Positions 52,005-64,000 of a stretch of DNA of 64,000 nucleotides are shown in pieces (position 1 is the first letter of the stretch; every line of letters starts with the position of its first letter). The DNA is taken from NCBI GenBank assembly GCA_020137815.1, contig CM035354.1:4340001-4404000 (forward strand), given 5' to 3'. The translations under genes were made by a program, and so were the position numbers. Source of the stretch: Hormiphora californensis (Eukaryota > Animalia > Ctenophora). The notes under the pieces were generated by a model that did no database searches, was not told the origin of the DNA, and saw only the letters and a list, made by a program, of their open reading frames with translations.

Positions 52005-55000
52005 ATGTCTCTGTTCCGTCTGGCTGCTACTACTACCCGGGTCCCTGCTACCCGGTACATGTCCTCCCTTCTGGTAAATCAGCCTGAGTACGGGTGGTTA
52101 AAGGACATTGGAATTGGAGAGGTTAACGATGGGGTATACAATGGGAGCTGGGGTGGTAATGGCAAGATAATCGAGTCCATCTCACCAATCAACGAACAAC
52201 CCATCGCTAAAGTTAGAGAGGTAAGAATGAGTTTCATTCGTCATCAAAAAGAACAATTTTAGAGTGAATCACTCTAAAATGGTTCGCTCTAAAATTAATG
52301 ATTACTGCTACTGTTTACTGATTATTAAATGACGTACAACTAAGAGCCTTCCTCTCCACTCACACAACTAAGAGCCCTCCTCGCCTCTTTTCAGGGTACC
52401 CTGGCAGACTATGAGAGTGTAGTTAGTGCATCAGTAGAGGCATCCAAAATGTGGCGTATGGTAAGATTACATATCCCCCGCTTCAGTCCCACCTTTGTAG
52501 ACCCGGGACCCAGGACCCCCTCCCCACCCTTGTATCCCTTTCTGATCACCTTTTATCTTCCCTTTAGACCCGGGACCCCCTCCCCCTCTTTGTGTCCCTT
52601 TCTGATCACCTTTTATCTCCCCCTCAAGTTCAGACTCCTCCCATCCTTGCTTTGTGTCCCCATCAGATCCTCCTCCTTTTATGTACATCTCTGATTTTGT
52701 TTTTCAAATTCCATTCACGATCCACATGGGTTAATGTCACTCACAGAGTTACACGCCGATCGATTGTCGATAGTGTTTTCCTTTGCTCATGGAGAGATTT
52801 TGGGCTATATACTAATAACTTCGTCTGGGTTACACAGTTACCATCGTTTGATACTAAATATTGTTATCGCTCTAAGTAGTAAGTGAATATATTATTTAGC
52901 TGCATAGGAACTCACAGGACTCTTACCTTTTTTAGATCAGCTAATTGCACTGGGTCATCAGCCGTTAGGTCGTTAACTTTGACGCGGGTTATTTCTTGCC
53001 ACGCGGCCAGTGCTGCACCTGTTGGCACACCTGCAGTGTGGGAGGGTGGTACAGCTCGTCTTCTACATTTGTGAGACAGGATCGAATTGTAAGGCAAGGT
53101 ATACAGCTGGTAAAGCTGCTGTACCTTATAAGGAGGGGAGAGCGAAGGGAGGGGGGGTAGTCTCCCTGCTTCTTCGTATAATATGTGTACATAATTGTTG
53201 TTTTATATTCTGTAGTATAATCTCCAAATATGGCACAACAATATCTCTCCTCCTCTTAGTGAATGCTATTATTATATATTTTAATGGCTCTGCTATGTGT
53301 GCCACCGTGTTGTTATCTTGTCTGTTTGTTACTGTGTTTGTTACAGTGTGTTATAATGAGCTCCTTGTCTGATCTCGGTGACACCACTTGCTTATAAATC
53401 TACGCCAATTGGTGTAGTAGACTTGTAGTTAATACAACACCAATAGTAGTATCATTTTATGCTATATGCTATAGGCGCAACTTCCTCATAACAACCGCAA
53501 TTAGTTCAGTTTAACATACTCTGTAGATCTACTATAGGTTACAGTTTTATTCTTTCTCGCCTATGTCCTATAATGACCTAGTAGTGATGTGGCTGTCCAC
53601 ATGGGACATAATATACCAAGTTCTCTCATTCTTTTGTAATATGTATGTGTGTGTTTAGCTTTACTTTGTTGACCACATAGACTTTAAGTAGCAGTTCTTT
53701 TAAATGTCCTTGGTATAGAAGGTGCCTATGCCCTCATAGAAGTTAGAAGTTGCTGAAACAGAAGCCAGAAGTGACTGAACACCTTCTGGCTTCTGTTTAA
53801 TCAACTTCTGTTCAGTGAACTCAGCCCGTGTTTGATATTAGTCAGATTGAAAATTTCCCTTGATCAAATTCAATAGAGATACCACGTTTGTGGCTATAGT
53901 CTCTAGGTTATAGTGTACCAAACCTTTCCATCTAAAAGAACGGTGTTGCAACCTTCGTCATAAAGTCGGTGGTCAGTACTCAGTATGGAAGATAACAGCT
54001 AAAACTTCTCTAATATCCTAACTGTTTGTGGTATCTGTATTGGGGCACTATCTCGTGCAAGCTTTATTGTCCTGTCACCAAGTTTTCTCATTCCTCTTTT
54101 TATATAATATGCGTGTTTAGCTTTACTTTGTTGACCGTGTAGCAGTTGGTACTATATTCCCTTATGTATAGAAGTTGTCTAGATGTCCTTACACAGAAGC
54201 CAGAAGGTGATCAACAGTGAACTTAGCCCGTGTTTGATATTGGTCAGATTTAAAATAACCCTGACTCAACTTCAATAGAGATAAAGTACGATGACGACAG
54301 GCTACCAACCAGTGACGAGCAGTACTCCTAGTGTTAGCAAGCTAGGTCACAAGTGTCTATCAGCTGCCACCATGGATATCATCAACATGTCCTGCGGGTT
54401 GACTCTGGCGAGTTTGGGCATACTGGCAAACATCGCATCCCTCATCATCCACTGTTTTCTAGGAGAGAACAAGCTAGTTACTCACCTAACCCGCCTTCTA
54501 AACACTCTTGACGCCCTACTCTGCCTGTCTGTCATCCTAATAACAACACTTTCTGATGTATCCGCTCACATGGACTATATTGAGACGTTCTTCATTCGAG
54601 GCACTGCCTTCGTGACTCTACTTCTCAGTGTGTGCAGGACTGTGTTAGTGGTGTACCCCCATCACCAGATTAGGACCCATATCCTGTGGGCTGTCTGTGG
54701 GATTTACCTGACATTTAGCGCAGTCATCTGTGGGTACTTGGTGATCGGTGATGAGCATCTGGTCATGTATGAGTACTTTATCTACAATGCAGTGGAGATG
54801 GCACTGTCACTATGTGTTGTAACTGTATCTACTGTGGTGTGCTGTATTCGGCTGTTTAAGAGTATGAACAAGTCAACAAATAACCGGATTGTTAAGAGGG
54901 GTACCACCACTATTATAATCGTTTCAGTGCTTTATATTATCTTTAATTCTCTCTACTTTTTAACGGCTATGTTCGATGTGTTCATGGCACCTTGTTACTT

Positions 55001-57726
55001 GGATCTCACTGACATTGTGTGCAATGTTGTCTTCCCTCTCAACTCTACGTTAAATCCCATCATTATTGTTTTCCGTAAGAACGCTGTTATTAAACACCTG
55101 GAGAAGTGTTTTAGGAAGTCGAGACCAGTAGTTTCAAGAGGTGATAGTAGATTGTCAAATGTGGCTACTAAAACTGATACTGCATCAGTATCTCGTTGTT
55201 AGATTTTTTTGCTTGCGAAAATGATGTAATCGTTTTTATTTCCCAAACCCGTATTATTTAAAGTGTTCCGACTATCAAACCATCCTTCTCACCAACTCTA
55301 CACAATACCCCAGACCCCTCGAATACCGCCCCAGTCCCCACATTTACCACCCTCTCCCCAGACCCCTCACTCACTCCCCCTCACTATCCCCCGTCCTCCA
55401 AACCCCTCACTTACCACCCCCTCCCCCAGACCCCGGCACCAGTGCGAGGAGAGGTCATCCGACAAGTTGGTGAGCAACTCCGATCCAAATTGGAGCCCCT
55501 TGGTAAGCTGGTATCCCTGGAAATGGGGAAAATCCTCCCTGAGGGGATTGGAGAGGTCCAGGAGGCTGTGGACATCGCCGACTATGCTACCGGTCTTTCC
55601 AGGATGCTCAACGGAAAAGTTATCCCCTCTGAGAGTAAGTTGGTACTAAGGTGTGAAGGCATAAATATGGCATAATGAACGTTTATGAGCCGCATAATTG
55701 TAGTAATAAAAATTAATTGGTCACGTGTTGTTTAGTGCATTCAGCTCATATTAAATAGACAGCGTCAAAAAGGAACTGTTCACTGTAGGAGACAAAGGAT
55801 TAAGAAACAATTGCGTATATTGTTACTGTATCTTCTTTTTATACTTTAGCCTAAACCCCATTATATAACCCACGACCTGCACATTATCTCTATACAACCC
55901 CTGCAGGACCAGGTCACATGATGCTAGAACAATGGCACCCTCTGGGAGTTATCGGGGTCATCACCGCCTTCAACTTCCCTGTGGCACCCTACTTCTGGAA
56001 CTTTACCATCGCATCTGTGTGTGGTAATGCGTGTTTCTGGAAAGGCGCCCCCTCTACACCACTATCCCACATTGCCTGTACTAGACTGGTTGCTGAGGTA
56101 TTGGAGGCTAATAACCTGCCTGGTGGGCTCAGTGGGCTGGTCACTGGTGGAACTGATATTGGGTAAGGTGTTCCAGTACATTCTTAGTACATATTCAATA
56201 TTGAGAAGGGGATTGGGTAGAATCTTAATTGTAATAAGAGTCCCTTTTCATCTGGTACATTGAGAGTGTAATCATATCACACACAAAAAGATTAGAAATT
56301 TGATCCGCTTCAAACACATAACACCCCCCCCCCCTTTCATCAGAGAAGCGATTGTTGATGATAGCAGGGTCAACTTGGTATCCTTCACTGGTAGCTGCGA
56401 GGTAGGAAAGAAGGTTGGAACTAAAGTTCAGTCCCGGTTCGGTAAGATGATTCTGGAGTTGGGAGGTAACAATGCTATTACTGTGATGGAGGATGCTGAC
56501 ATTGGCATGCTCGTTCCTGCTGTTTGTTTTGCTAGTTTCGGAACCGCAGGACAACGGTGCACTACAACCAGGCGATTGGTAAGAGAGAGACATGTATGTT
56601 AGGAATGATTTACATCATCAGATTAGGATATCCCGGTTCTTGGCGAACGATTCACAGTCACCACTGTCTATTACCAAGTTAATTTCTTCAGATTTGTCAC
56701 AGTTCTCTGATTGAAGAGGTGGTACCCAGGCTGGCTAAAGCGTACGGTCAGATCAATATCGGGGATCCTCTAGTGAAGGGAAACCTCTGTGGACCACTAC
56801 ACACAACTGGGGCTGTAGAGAGCTACCGGGCTGCTATTGAGGAGGCCAAGAGTTTGGTAAGAGTTAAACCAGATCACATCAGATCAGGATTCAGGTCAGA
56901 TCAAGATATATTTGAAACAATGTGTCGTTTAAATAACACATTGACCATAACCATCACACACAGGGAGGAAAGATTGAGGTGGGTGGAAATGTCCTTCATG
57001 GGCGATATGTGGAGCCAACCATTATAACCGGCCTACCCCACGACTGTGATCTTGTGAAGAGAGAAACATTCGCCCCCATCCTTTATGTGCTCCCTCATAA
57101 CTCGTTCGAGGAGGCTGTTTCTATCAATAATGAGGTCGCTCAGGGACTCTCATCTTCCATCTTTACCAAGAATACTGAATACATCTTCAGGTACAATATA
57201 ACACGCGTTGATCATGACACGCACACACAGTGCCCCGCACCACGCTTGTATTGTCTAATTCTCAGTTTGATGGTTGCTGAGCCGTGAGGGGCTTGTTTAT
57301 CTAAAATCACACTCTCTCCCAGGTGGGTAGGACCAGAGGGTGCAGATAGTGGTATTGCAAATGTGAACATCCCCACCAATGGAGCTGAGATTGGGGGCGC
57401 CTTTGGAGGGGAGAAGGAGACGGGAGGTGGCAGAGAGAGTGGAAGTGATGCATGGAAACAATACTGTAGAAGAGCAACATGGTAAGACAATGTCATGATT
57501 CGTTTTCCGCAGTGCCACACACACCATTTCTACCCCTACAACCCCTTTCTGCTCCTAACATACACCCTTTCTACCCCTAATATCATAACCCTTTCTGCTC
57601 CACACACCCCCTTCCTGCCCCTATCACACTCACCCACCCTTTAGCTTTCTAACACTCACAACTATTTTCAGTACAGTCAACTACTCCAAATCACTACCCT
57701 TGGCACAAGGTATCGACTTCAGTTAA
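52005..57726 (+). CDS. ALDH7A1: Alpha-aminoadipic semialdehyde dehydrogenase (antiquitin)
   Basis: [67 protein letters not shown]. Confidence 0.96.
54291..55202 (+). CDS. Intronless rhodopsin-like GPCR nested (same strand) in an ALDH7A1 intron
   Basis: Seven hydrophobic segments, LNTLD in TM2, LLSVCRT in TM3, NSTLNPII in TM7; start may be the ATG at 54372. Confidence 0.82.
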   Translation: MTTGYQPVTSSTPSVSKLGHKCLSAATMDIINMSCGLTLASLGILANIASLIIHCFLGENKLVTHLTRLLNTLDALLCLSVILITTLSDVSAHMDYIETFFIRGTAFVTLLLSVCRTVLVVYPHHQIRTHILWAVCGIYLTFSAVICGYLVIGDEHLVMYEYFIYNAVEMALSLCVVTVSTVVCCIRLFKSMNKSTNNRIVKRGTTTIIIVSVLYIIFNSLYFLTAMFDVFMAPCYLDLTDIVCNVVFPLNSTLNPIIIVFRKNAVIKHLEKCFRKSRPVVSRGDSRLSNVATKTDTASVSRC

Positions 57727-57934
57727 GAAGAGGAGAGGAGGACAGCGGGGGGTCCAGTAAGACACTTCTTTTTAAGTTAGGTGTAGTTTTTAGTAGCTTG
57801 TCAAATACATTATAAGTACACAGAGGTTGGATAAATTATTATCTGGGGTTTCAAAAGAGAGGAATGTTTATTTGATATATTTGTTAAGTTAAAATATTAT
57901 TTGTTAACTTATTAGCTAAGAGTTCTAAAGTTTG

Positions 57935-59354
57935 TTATGTACAGAAACTAACAACAAACTCATCTAGAAAACATTCAAAATCACACACTTCATTGGCTCG
58001 ATCTGTAAAAACCGCTGCACAGAGTCTTGTCAGTGCTTTGGCCATTTTGAAACTACAAACCCGTCTCCTACTAACTAAATCTAAACAATATCTTAACCGG
58101 GGTTCATGAGCTGGAAATATAACCTCCTCTCCCCGTATTGTCCGGTGGTCAGAGTTTAGCCTCCAGCTACTTAGAAACTCCTCGACAACAGTAGCCTGCG
58201 AGACAAACTGCCTTGGTCGGAGGGAGGGAAATCCTATGACATTGTTACCACAGATCCCAATTGATGCCCTGCCTAGAGGTACAGCTAGAAACAGGTCTCT
58301 GTCCCTATTCCATACTATCGTATATTCATTACTTCTCACAATTACTGCTCCGTGTGTTCTTGTAATAGTGTGACCTTTACCCAGATTCAGGGTGGACCCA
58401 ACCTCTAGTTCCCTTGTCAGCACACTATTCTCCATCCTGATTCTACCGAATCTGTGAACTGAGAATATTAGGTTTTTGTTGTAGATAGTCACTGTGTAAA
58501 GGTGACTGTAATACCGGACATAGATGTACCAGTTGAACGAAGCAGCGTCTACTGCAATCACGAAATCACCCTGAAGTTTGGTTGCCAAGATCTGGCCGTC
58601 AAACGTTTGAATTATTGATCCTCCAAGGATCGAACAGACTGATCTATCATCAGTATTAGGGGGTTGATGAATGTATACTACTTTCTCACTCCTCTTTTTC
58701 CCTCCGCACATCTCAACTACACACGTGCATCTACCTGGAGTATCAGTTTCCATGACAACCGTTGCTGTGGAAATGTGTTGAGTTGTCATAGCAACAGTAG
58801 AGGAAGAAGAGTTCTCGTCAGGGTCGGAAATCCATCGAATATTGGGTGGATGAGAGGAGTAAACCACGTGACATGTGACACGTGACCCAGTAACGTGTAA
58901 ACTATCCAACCATTCCTCATTGGGCTGATCTGAGGTTACAGCAATTGTTGGGCCGATGTTAGGCGGGCACCAGCCCTCTTGTAACAAATATAATGTTGGA
59001 TCCAGACAGGCAGCCCGCTCGAAATCGCAGCGGTTGTAGAAGAGTCGGCAGTTACTTGCACACAGGGGTGTGAAGGAGATATTTGTGCAGCGTGTGGAAC
59101 AGGGAGAGGGTGTAGAATTGTCTGCAATACCCTGAAAAGGTATCTGAGATTCATACAGGCAATTTAATCATTGGTGACAATAATGTATATACAGTTATAG
59201 GTAAAACAGTTTCCCAATTATTATAACGTTTAATTACCTCGGAAGGGGAGGAGGGAGCGGTTTGGATGGAAAATGGGAATGTTGTCGGTAGTACACTCAG
59301 GACCGACTGGAACAGGAGACAAACCATACACAAAATTACCGGGAACAAATTCAT
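57935..59354 (-). CDS. Secreted protein with an Ig-like region and a von Willebrand D domain
   Basis: Signal peptide MNLFPVILCMVCLLFQSVLS; CSILGGSIIQTFDG, GICGN, FLSSWR. Confidence 0.7.
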
Positions 59355-59363
59355 ATTGATACA

Positions 59364-61324
59364 TCAAATACAGTAAATCATCGGGTTAACAATAGCATTG
59401 AGGGTTAGTGCCATGACACCTGCAGGGAAGGTGATCTTGTTAGAGGCATCCTCCTGACTGACATCCCCGTGTTGCCACTGAAACACCTCAACCCAGTGCA
59501 TCCCAACTAGACCCACGTGGGTCGTGAAACACACTACAAAGTTAAACAGATACAAAAAGGCTTTCGGGTTGTGCTGGGGGGTCGCAACAAATCTTTGCTC
59601 CAAGGGCCGCCACTCTTTCGGTCCTCCTGTTTTGTTGGCAATGAACTCTGCTCCTGAGGTTACCAAGATTCTCATGCCCAGCATAAGGACTATCATATAG
59701 CAAGAAATGGGGAGGGAAGTATATATCCATTCCACGACACTCGATGGTACACCAAAGAGATCCCAGTCACCCGTGAATTCAATTAGGCCAGCTCTATTGT
59801 TGGAGTACATAGCTCCACCCACTGAAAAGTAGACGAGTTATTTCTCTCTTTTTGTCCGATGTCTATAATAATAAGAAAGCTCCTAGCGTCTCTCCATCTA
59901 ATCAATTCGATCACCATAATGATTTTCGCCCCGTCTACTTCTCCAGTATTTCAAATCCTAGTTTTTGGAGTTTTAAGAAAGCGGGAACAGACAAGCCATA
60001 GCTTTACATAATCATTATTCACATCTATGTCTAATATTTACAAGTACATTCGGCTATAGGCTATAGACCCAGAATGGCCACATGTTGGCCTACTAATAAC
60101 TAACCTAGTGGAAGATTGACGATGCCCAGCACAAAGCACAGCCCAACAAATGTCGTAGTGTAGGCCGTCCTCTTGGTGAATCTAATCTTCTCTGGGCCGA
60201 GGTACCAAAAGAGTAGCTTCTCAACTCCCCATACTAACATTATATAGTAGGTACCAAACTGCTTTAGAAACCACACCCACCCTGGAATACAAGTGTCAAA
60301 GATCATACAAGTGTGTAGTTGTCTAGTTCTCGACTCTCTTAGACTGATAGCGAAGAAGGGTCAGATACAAACTAGACACTATACTAGACACTATATTATT
60401 CAGGCAGCAATGCAAGTACTACTGTAAATACGCAATGAAGTTAGGTGCAGTATTCTGGAACATTTGGAAGATCGCGGAATGTAATATGGGATAGTGGTCA
60501 ATGCCACGTCACTCTCTCATTAACACACAAAATACAGGTTCCGAATAATGCAGGTGTGTCTATCGAATCACACCATAACTCGATATGAGGATATCGGGAG
60601 GAATTCGACGCAGAGAACATATCACACAGAACTAGCACACTCCCGGTATAAGTCATGAAAGTGAGCTGGAATTCTTTGCGTGCTAATACGATACAGTGAT
60701 ACACGTGAGAAGCCGTTCGGAAATTACTTTCTTTTTATCTCTCTCTCCTCTATCATATATTCTCTCACTATCTTTCTTCTTACATGAAATATGGATGATA
60801 TAAAATGCAAATATATGTCTTGTTTATATTCCCGGTAGGAATCGGGTTCTACTTTGATTCCCTAATCACGTCGGAAGTTCATCAAAGAAAGCTCTTTACC
60901 TGAGCTGTTGATAATGATCTCAGCCTCATATCTCTGTAGCCGAACCAGATTATTTCTATCATAGTGAATGTCTGCAAGAAACAGGGATGGAACTAGACAG
61001 TGGAGAGTATCAATCACAGCAAGCTGCATTTGGAATATCAGAGTAGGAGAGTTGGGGAGTTTCCGACTTTTCATTCGACATATCACCATCGCGTTCAAAC
61101 CAACTCTGGGAAGGGAAATGGATTTAGTCAGACTCTTGGAAGTGGGAAGGGAATCCGAAAGTAGTCAGTAAACATCAATAACCAAGGCGAATCATGATGA
61201 TGTTACTAAATGCTCACCCAATAACAGAGAGAATAAGGGTAAGGCGACCCACCACGATATCAAACACAGGTGTCCCTACATACTCGTCCTTGTGGTCGTG
61301 CCACAAATCAGTGTAGACAGTCAT
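59364..61324 (-). CDS. Multi-exon rhodopsin-like GPCR
   Basis: TM1 VGLNAMV, TM2 QLAVID, TM3 WGVEKL, TM7 NAIVNPMIY; 3' end uncertain. Confidence 0.7.
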
Positions 61325-62363
61325 GGTGTACAAACAAAGATACAGACAGGAGGTATATAGACAGCCCCCTCCTCCTGTAATGGTCTCCTTCTGTTAGCTA
61401 GCCACACTTGGCACCGGGCCATGCTCTGCCACCATTCTCCACATGTTAGGTGCCTAGATAATCCAGGCTTGATCTCTGTAATCTGTTATAAAATGGTTTA
61501 ATGATTGAGTAGTGAGTACCCTTTAGAAACGTTAATGTTCGATCATGAATTGGCCCTGTCTTAATTCTTTCACGATGTTGAGTGCAGTTTGTTGTGTACC
61601 TCCCGTACTTCCACCAGTTTTGCTGTCACATCCCCTCATCCCTTTAATCCAAGATATTATTCACTAAACAGGTCACACCTTGAAGGTCCTTTCGATTCAG
61701 GTCCCATTCGAGAAATTTCTCTACTTGTTCATTATCACGCAGTGTTGAGGTTTGGCGCCAGAATCGGACTCTGTCACACTTGGCGTGTTGAGTGTGTGTC
61801 GCGCGCGATGACACTCCTTGAGGTGAATAAGCGCACTGTTTTATAACGCGCAAATTTACTTTTGTAAATTCGCCTACTTTAAGCCGCGCGCGCGGCGGTT
61901 TTTGGTTTAATTTTAAAAGTTTTAAAATTTTTACTTCGATTTTTAATTTTCCTCGATTTTTAAATTTTAACAGACGTCAGGTTCGCTCAAATTTCCGTTT
62001 TCCTACACTGTAATGTGACTGTATCATGTGGAACTCTATTTACGTTTTTATTTGTTAAAGCTTGACCTACATTGACGAACCACAGCGCAGAAAAGCTCAA
62101 AACACGCGTCACGCACTTGATCTTCACGCATTCTGAGCGGTGATTGGTCCATGAAGGGCACGTGGTAATAAGTAACAACTTTATTAGGGTCCCTTATGGA
62201 TGGTGGAAGAATATACATAGTTGTCAGGCAAGGGGCTAAACCAATATTCAACAATTCCACTTTTTTCCAAATCCTGAAACCTGCAGGAGACTTCATACGA
62301 CCCTTGGTACAATACTCAAGTGTTTACTAAAACGTGTTTTAAAAACTGTTTAAAACCATACAA

Positions 62364-63222
62364 TTAAAGAGGCATGTTCCATGTCAGCTTGGCAGTTTCT
62401 CCCACAGTATAAAGGTCAGGCCTTTTCTGTTCCCAAATTGGAACGCCAGCCCTAACCACCTTGAGCTCCTCCATACTAAACTCCGTATACACAATGCCCT
62501 CCTCCGGGCCGATCTGGTCCATGATAATACCACTCGGGCCCGCTACCAATGTGCAGCCCCATGCCACATAGCTGGCATCCACGTCCCTTGCTGGAGACAC
62601 ACTGGCACAGTAAGCCTGGTTATCAGTTGCACGTGCACGTGTTAGGAGGTCAAAATAAAGGGGACCTGTTGTCATGTTGAACGCACCCGGGTAGATCAGG
62701 ACATCTGCACCTCGCATTTTCATCAGGTGAGCGGGTTCAGGGAATCGGATATCATAACACACGCCCACACCGATCTTGAACTCACCACAGTCGAATATAG
62801 GTGAATGTATCACCTGGTGTGAGAGCAGATGATTCTTGTAGGAGTATTCCCTCCTGGAATATTTACATCTGCCAAATGTACCTTCCTGTGCTTGGCAATC
62901 GCCTCCCCGTCCGGCCCGAATATTACACATGTATTGTAGAGTTTATCACCAGTCCTCTCTCAGGGTGGAGAACCGCCTATCAGGTAGATACCAGTGCTTG
63001 ATAGCTTGCTCCTTTAGAAAAACAGTTGTCGGTCCATCGGGAATAGGTTCAGCATAGTCAGGCGAAGAATTGAGCACCGTAGGGCGAGTTGAAACATTCC
63101 GGAAGAGAAATTCAGTTTAGCTCCTTTAGCGGCCGCTTCAGCTATTTTCTCTCCCTGCTCGTACGGAGATTTGTGTCCTTGTCTGCACAGACCTTGAGCT
63201 GAATTCCAGCAAACTTTAGCAT
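62364..63222 (-). CDS. NIT2: Omega-amidase NIT2 (nitrilase family), intronless, many single-base insertions
   Basis: LPECFNSPYG, KHRKVHL, VCYDIRFPE (E-K-C triad), YPGAFNMTTGP, RARATDNQ. Confidence 0.88.
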
Positions 63223-63513
63223 GGCTATAACCTGGAAAAGGTTTAGTGGTTGTAGTAACTGAGCAAGGACGATCTTGTGCAAGCAAAAGTTAACTTTATT
63301 TTTGACAAAATATTGATGCAGAGAATATCACCAATGACCAAGCGTTGTAACGGGATGTGAAACAAGAGTCAAGACTTCAAGGAAATAAGATACAATTTGT
63401 TACTGATAGCACCAATGTGCAGCTTAATGATTAGCAACCCGATACTTTTTTTGATAACAAGCTTGACAACGCACGTACGACTGTTTTAACACATTCCCCC
63501 AACTGTTATAGCG

Positions 63514-64000
63514 ATGGGTGGCGATGGTGGCTCGATACCGACTCGGGGTGAACTGGTGAAGCAGAAGAAGGAACCTGAGAAGAAGAATAGGGATCAGGAT
63601 ATGGTGGGGAGATGGCAACACTGTGCAATCAGTGGACACAAACTAGTGAAACCAATCGTATCGTGCCCACTGGGAAGGTAGGAATCGAAATTGTAGAACA
63701 AATGTTGTTTTTATAAGACAGATTGGAGCAGAGCTGAAGTTTAAACAGTGGACTGCTGCTACTGCTGCAAAATAGAATTAATTTAGTGCGTGTGCGTGTG
63801 TGTGCGTGATATTCAACTTTGTTCCTGACCCTCAATATGTAATGGATGCTGCAGGCTGCTCCGACAATAGCAAGAGTTTCACAAAAACTCAGTCTATCAC
63901 AATCTAGACTGACAACTAACCCCGGAAGTCAATATAATAAAAACTATCCCTGTCTCTCTCCCAGGTTATACAACAAGGAAGCGGTTATAAACCACATCTT
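63514..64000 (+). CDS. RTF2: Replication termination factor 2 (5' part)
   Basis: MGGDGGSIPTRGELVK..RWQHCAIS..LVKPIVSCPLG|RLYNKEAVI; intron at 63678-63964. Confidence 0.92.

Noticed and set aside
52883-53372. Possible extra nested gene in the ALDH7A1 intron
   Set aside because: Short ORFs on both strands with no recognisable motif or consistent splice structure
62800-63222. About nine frameshifts in NIT2 (others in KPTN, BTB, TPGS2, F-box, PAP2, TAF3, VWD) read as programmed frameshifting, RNA editing or pseudogenisation
   Set aside because: Nearly all are single-base insertions in conserved genes with intact catalytic motifs, the typical pattern of unpolished long-read consensus error; short-read polishing would settle it

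Overview
Gene-dense animal genomic DNA with short GT-AG introns, most likely a ctenophore: a 41-nt match to the ctenophore spliced leader (SL, from recall) sits at 19783-19823 on the minus strand, and nested genes are frequent. It holds about 21 protein-coding genes (TAF3, a multipass membrane protein, UBXN4, an SLC7 transporter, KPTN, SWEET, PRMT1, COPS3, MATH-BTB, a C2-domain protein, a PAP2 phosphatase, TPGS2, F-box/LRR, a C2H2 zinc-finger protein, a glutaminase homologue, STOML1, GPAT, ALDH7A1, two GPCRs, a VWD protein, NIT2, RTF2) and one tRNA-Met. The main discovery is a mobile-element nest at 17.7-22.3 kb. Three different 5'-truncated CRE-clade (RLE) retrotransposons, each with its own target-site duplication (TSD), inserted in the same orientation within about 240 bp of pre-insertion DNA. 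One of them split a perfect 152-bp palindrome. Another is itself interrupted by an intact ORF1-only retroelement that begins with the SL and ends in a (GAT)n tail, i.e. a retroposed trans-spliced transcript. Other points of interest: three candidate operons with unpaired splice acceptors, four intron-nested protein genes plus an intronic tRNA, a probably catalytically dead glutaminase, and a UBXN4 with two UBX domains. Many single-base frameshifts look like long-read consensus errors. Gene names come from recalled motifs and exon boundaries were set by eye; no searches were run.
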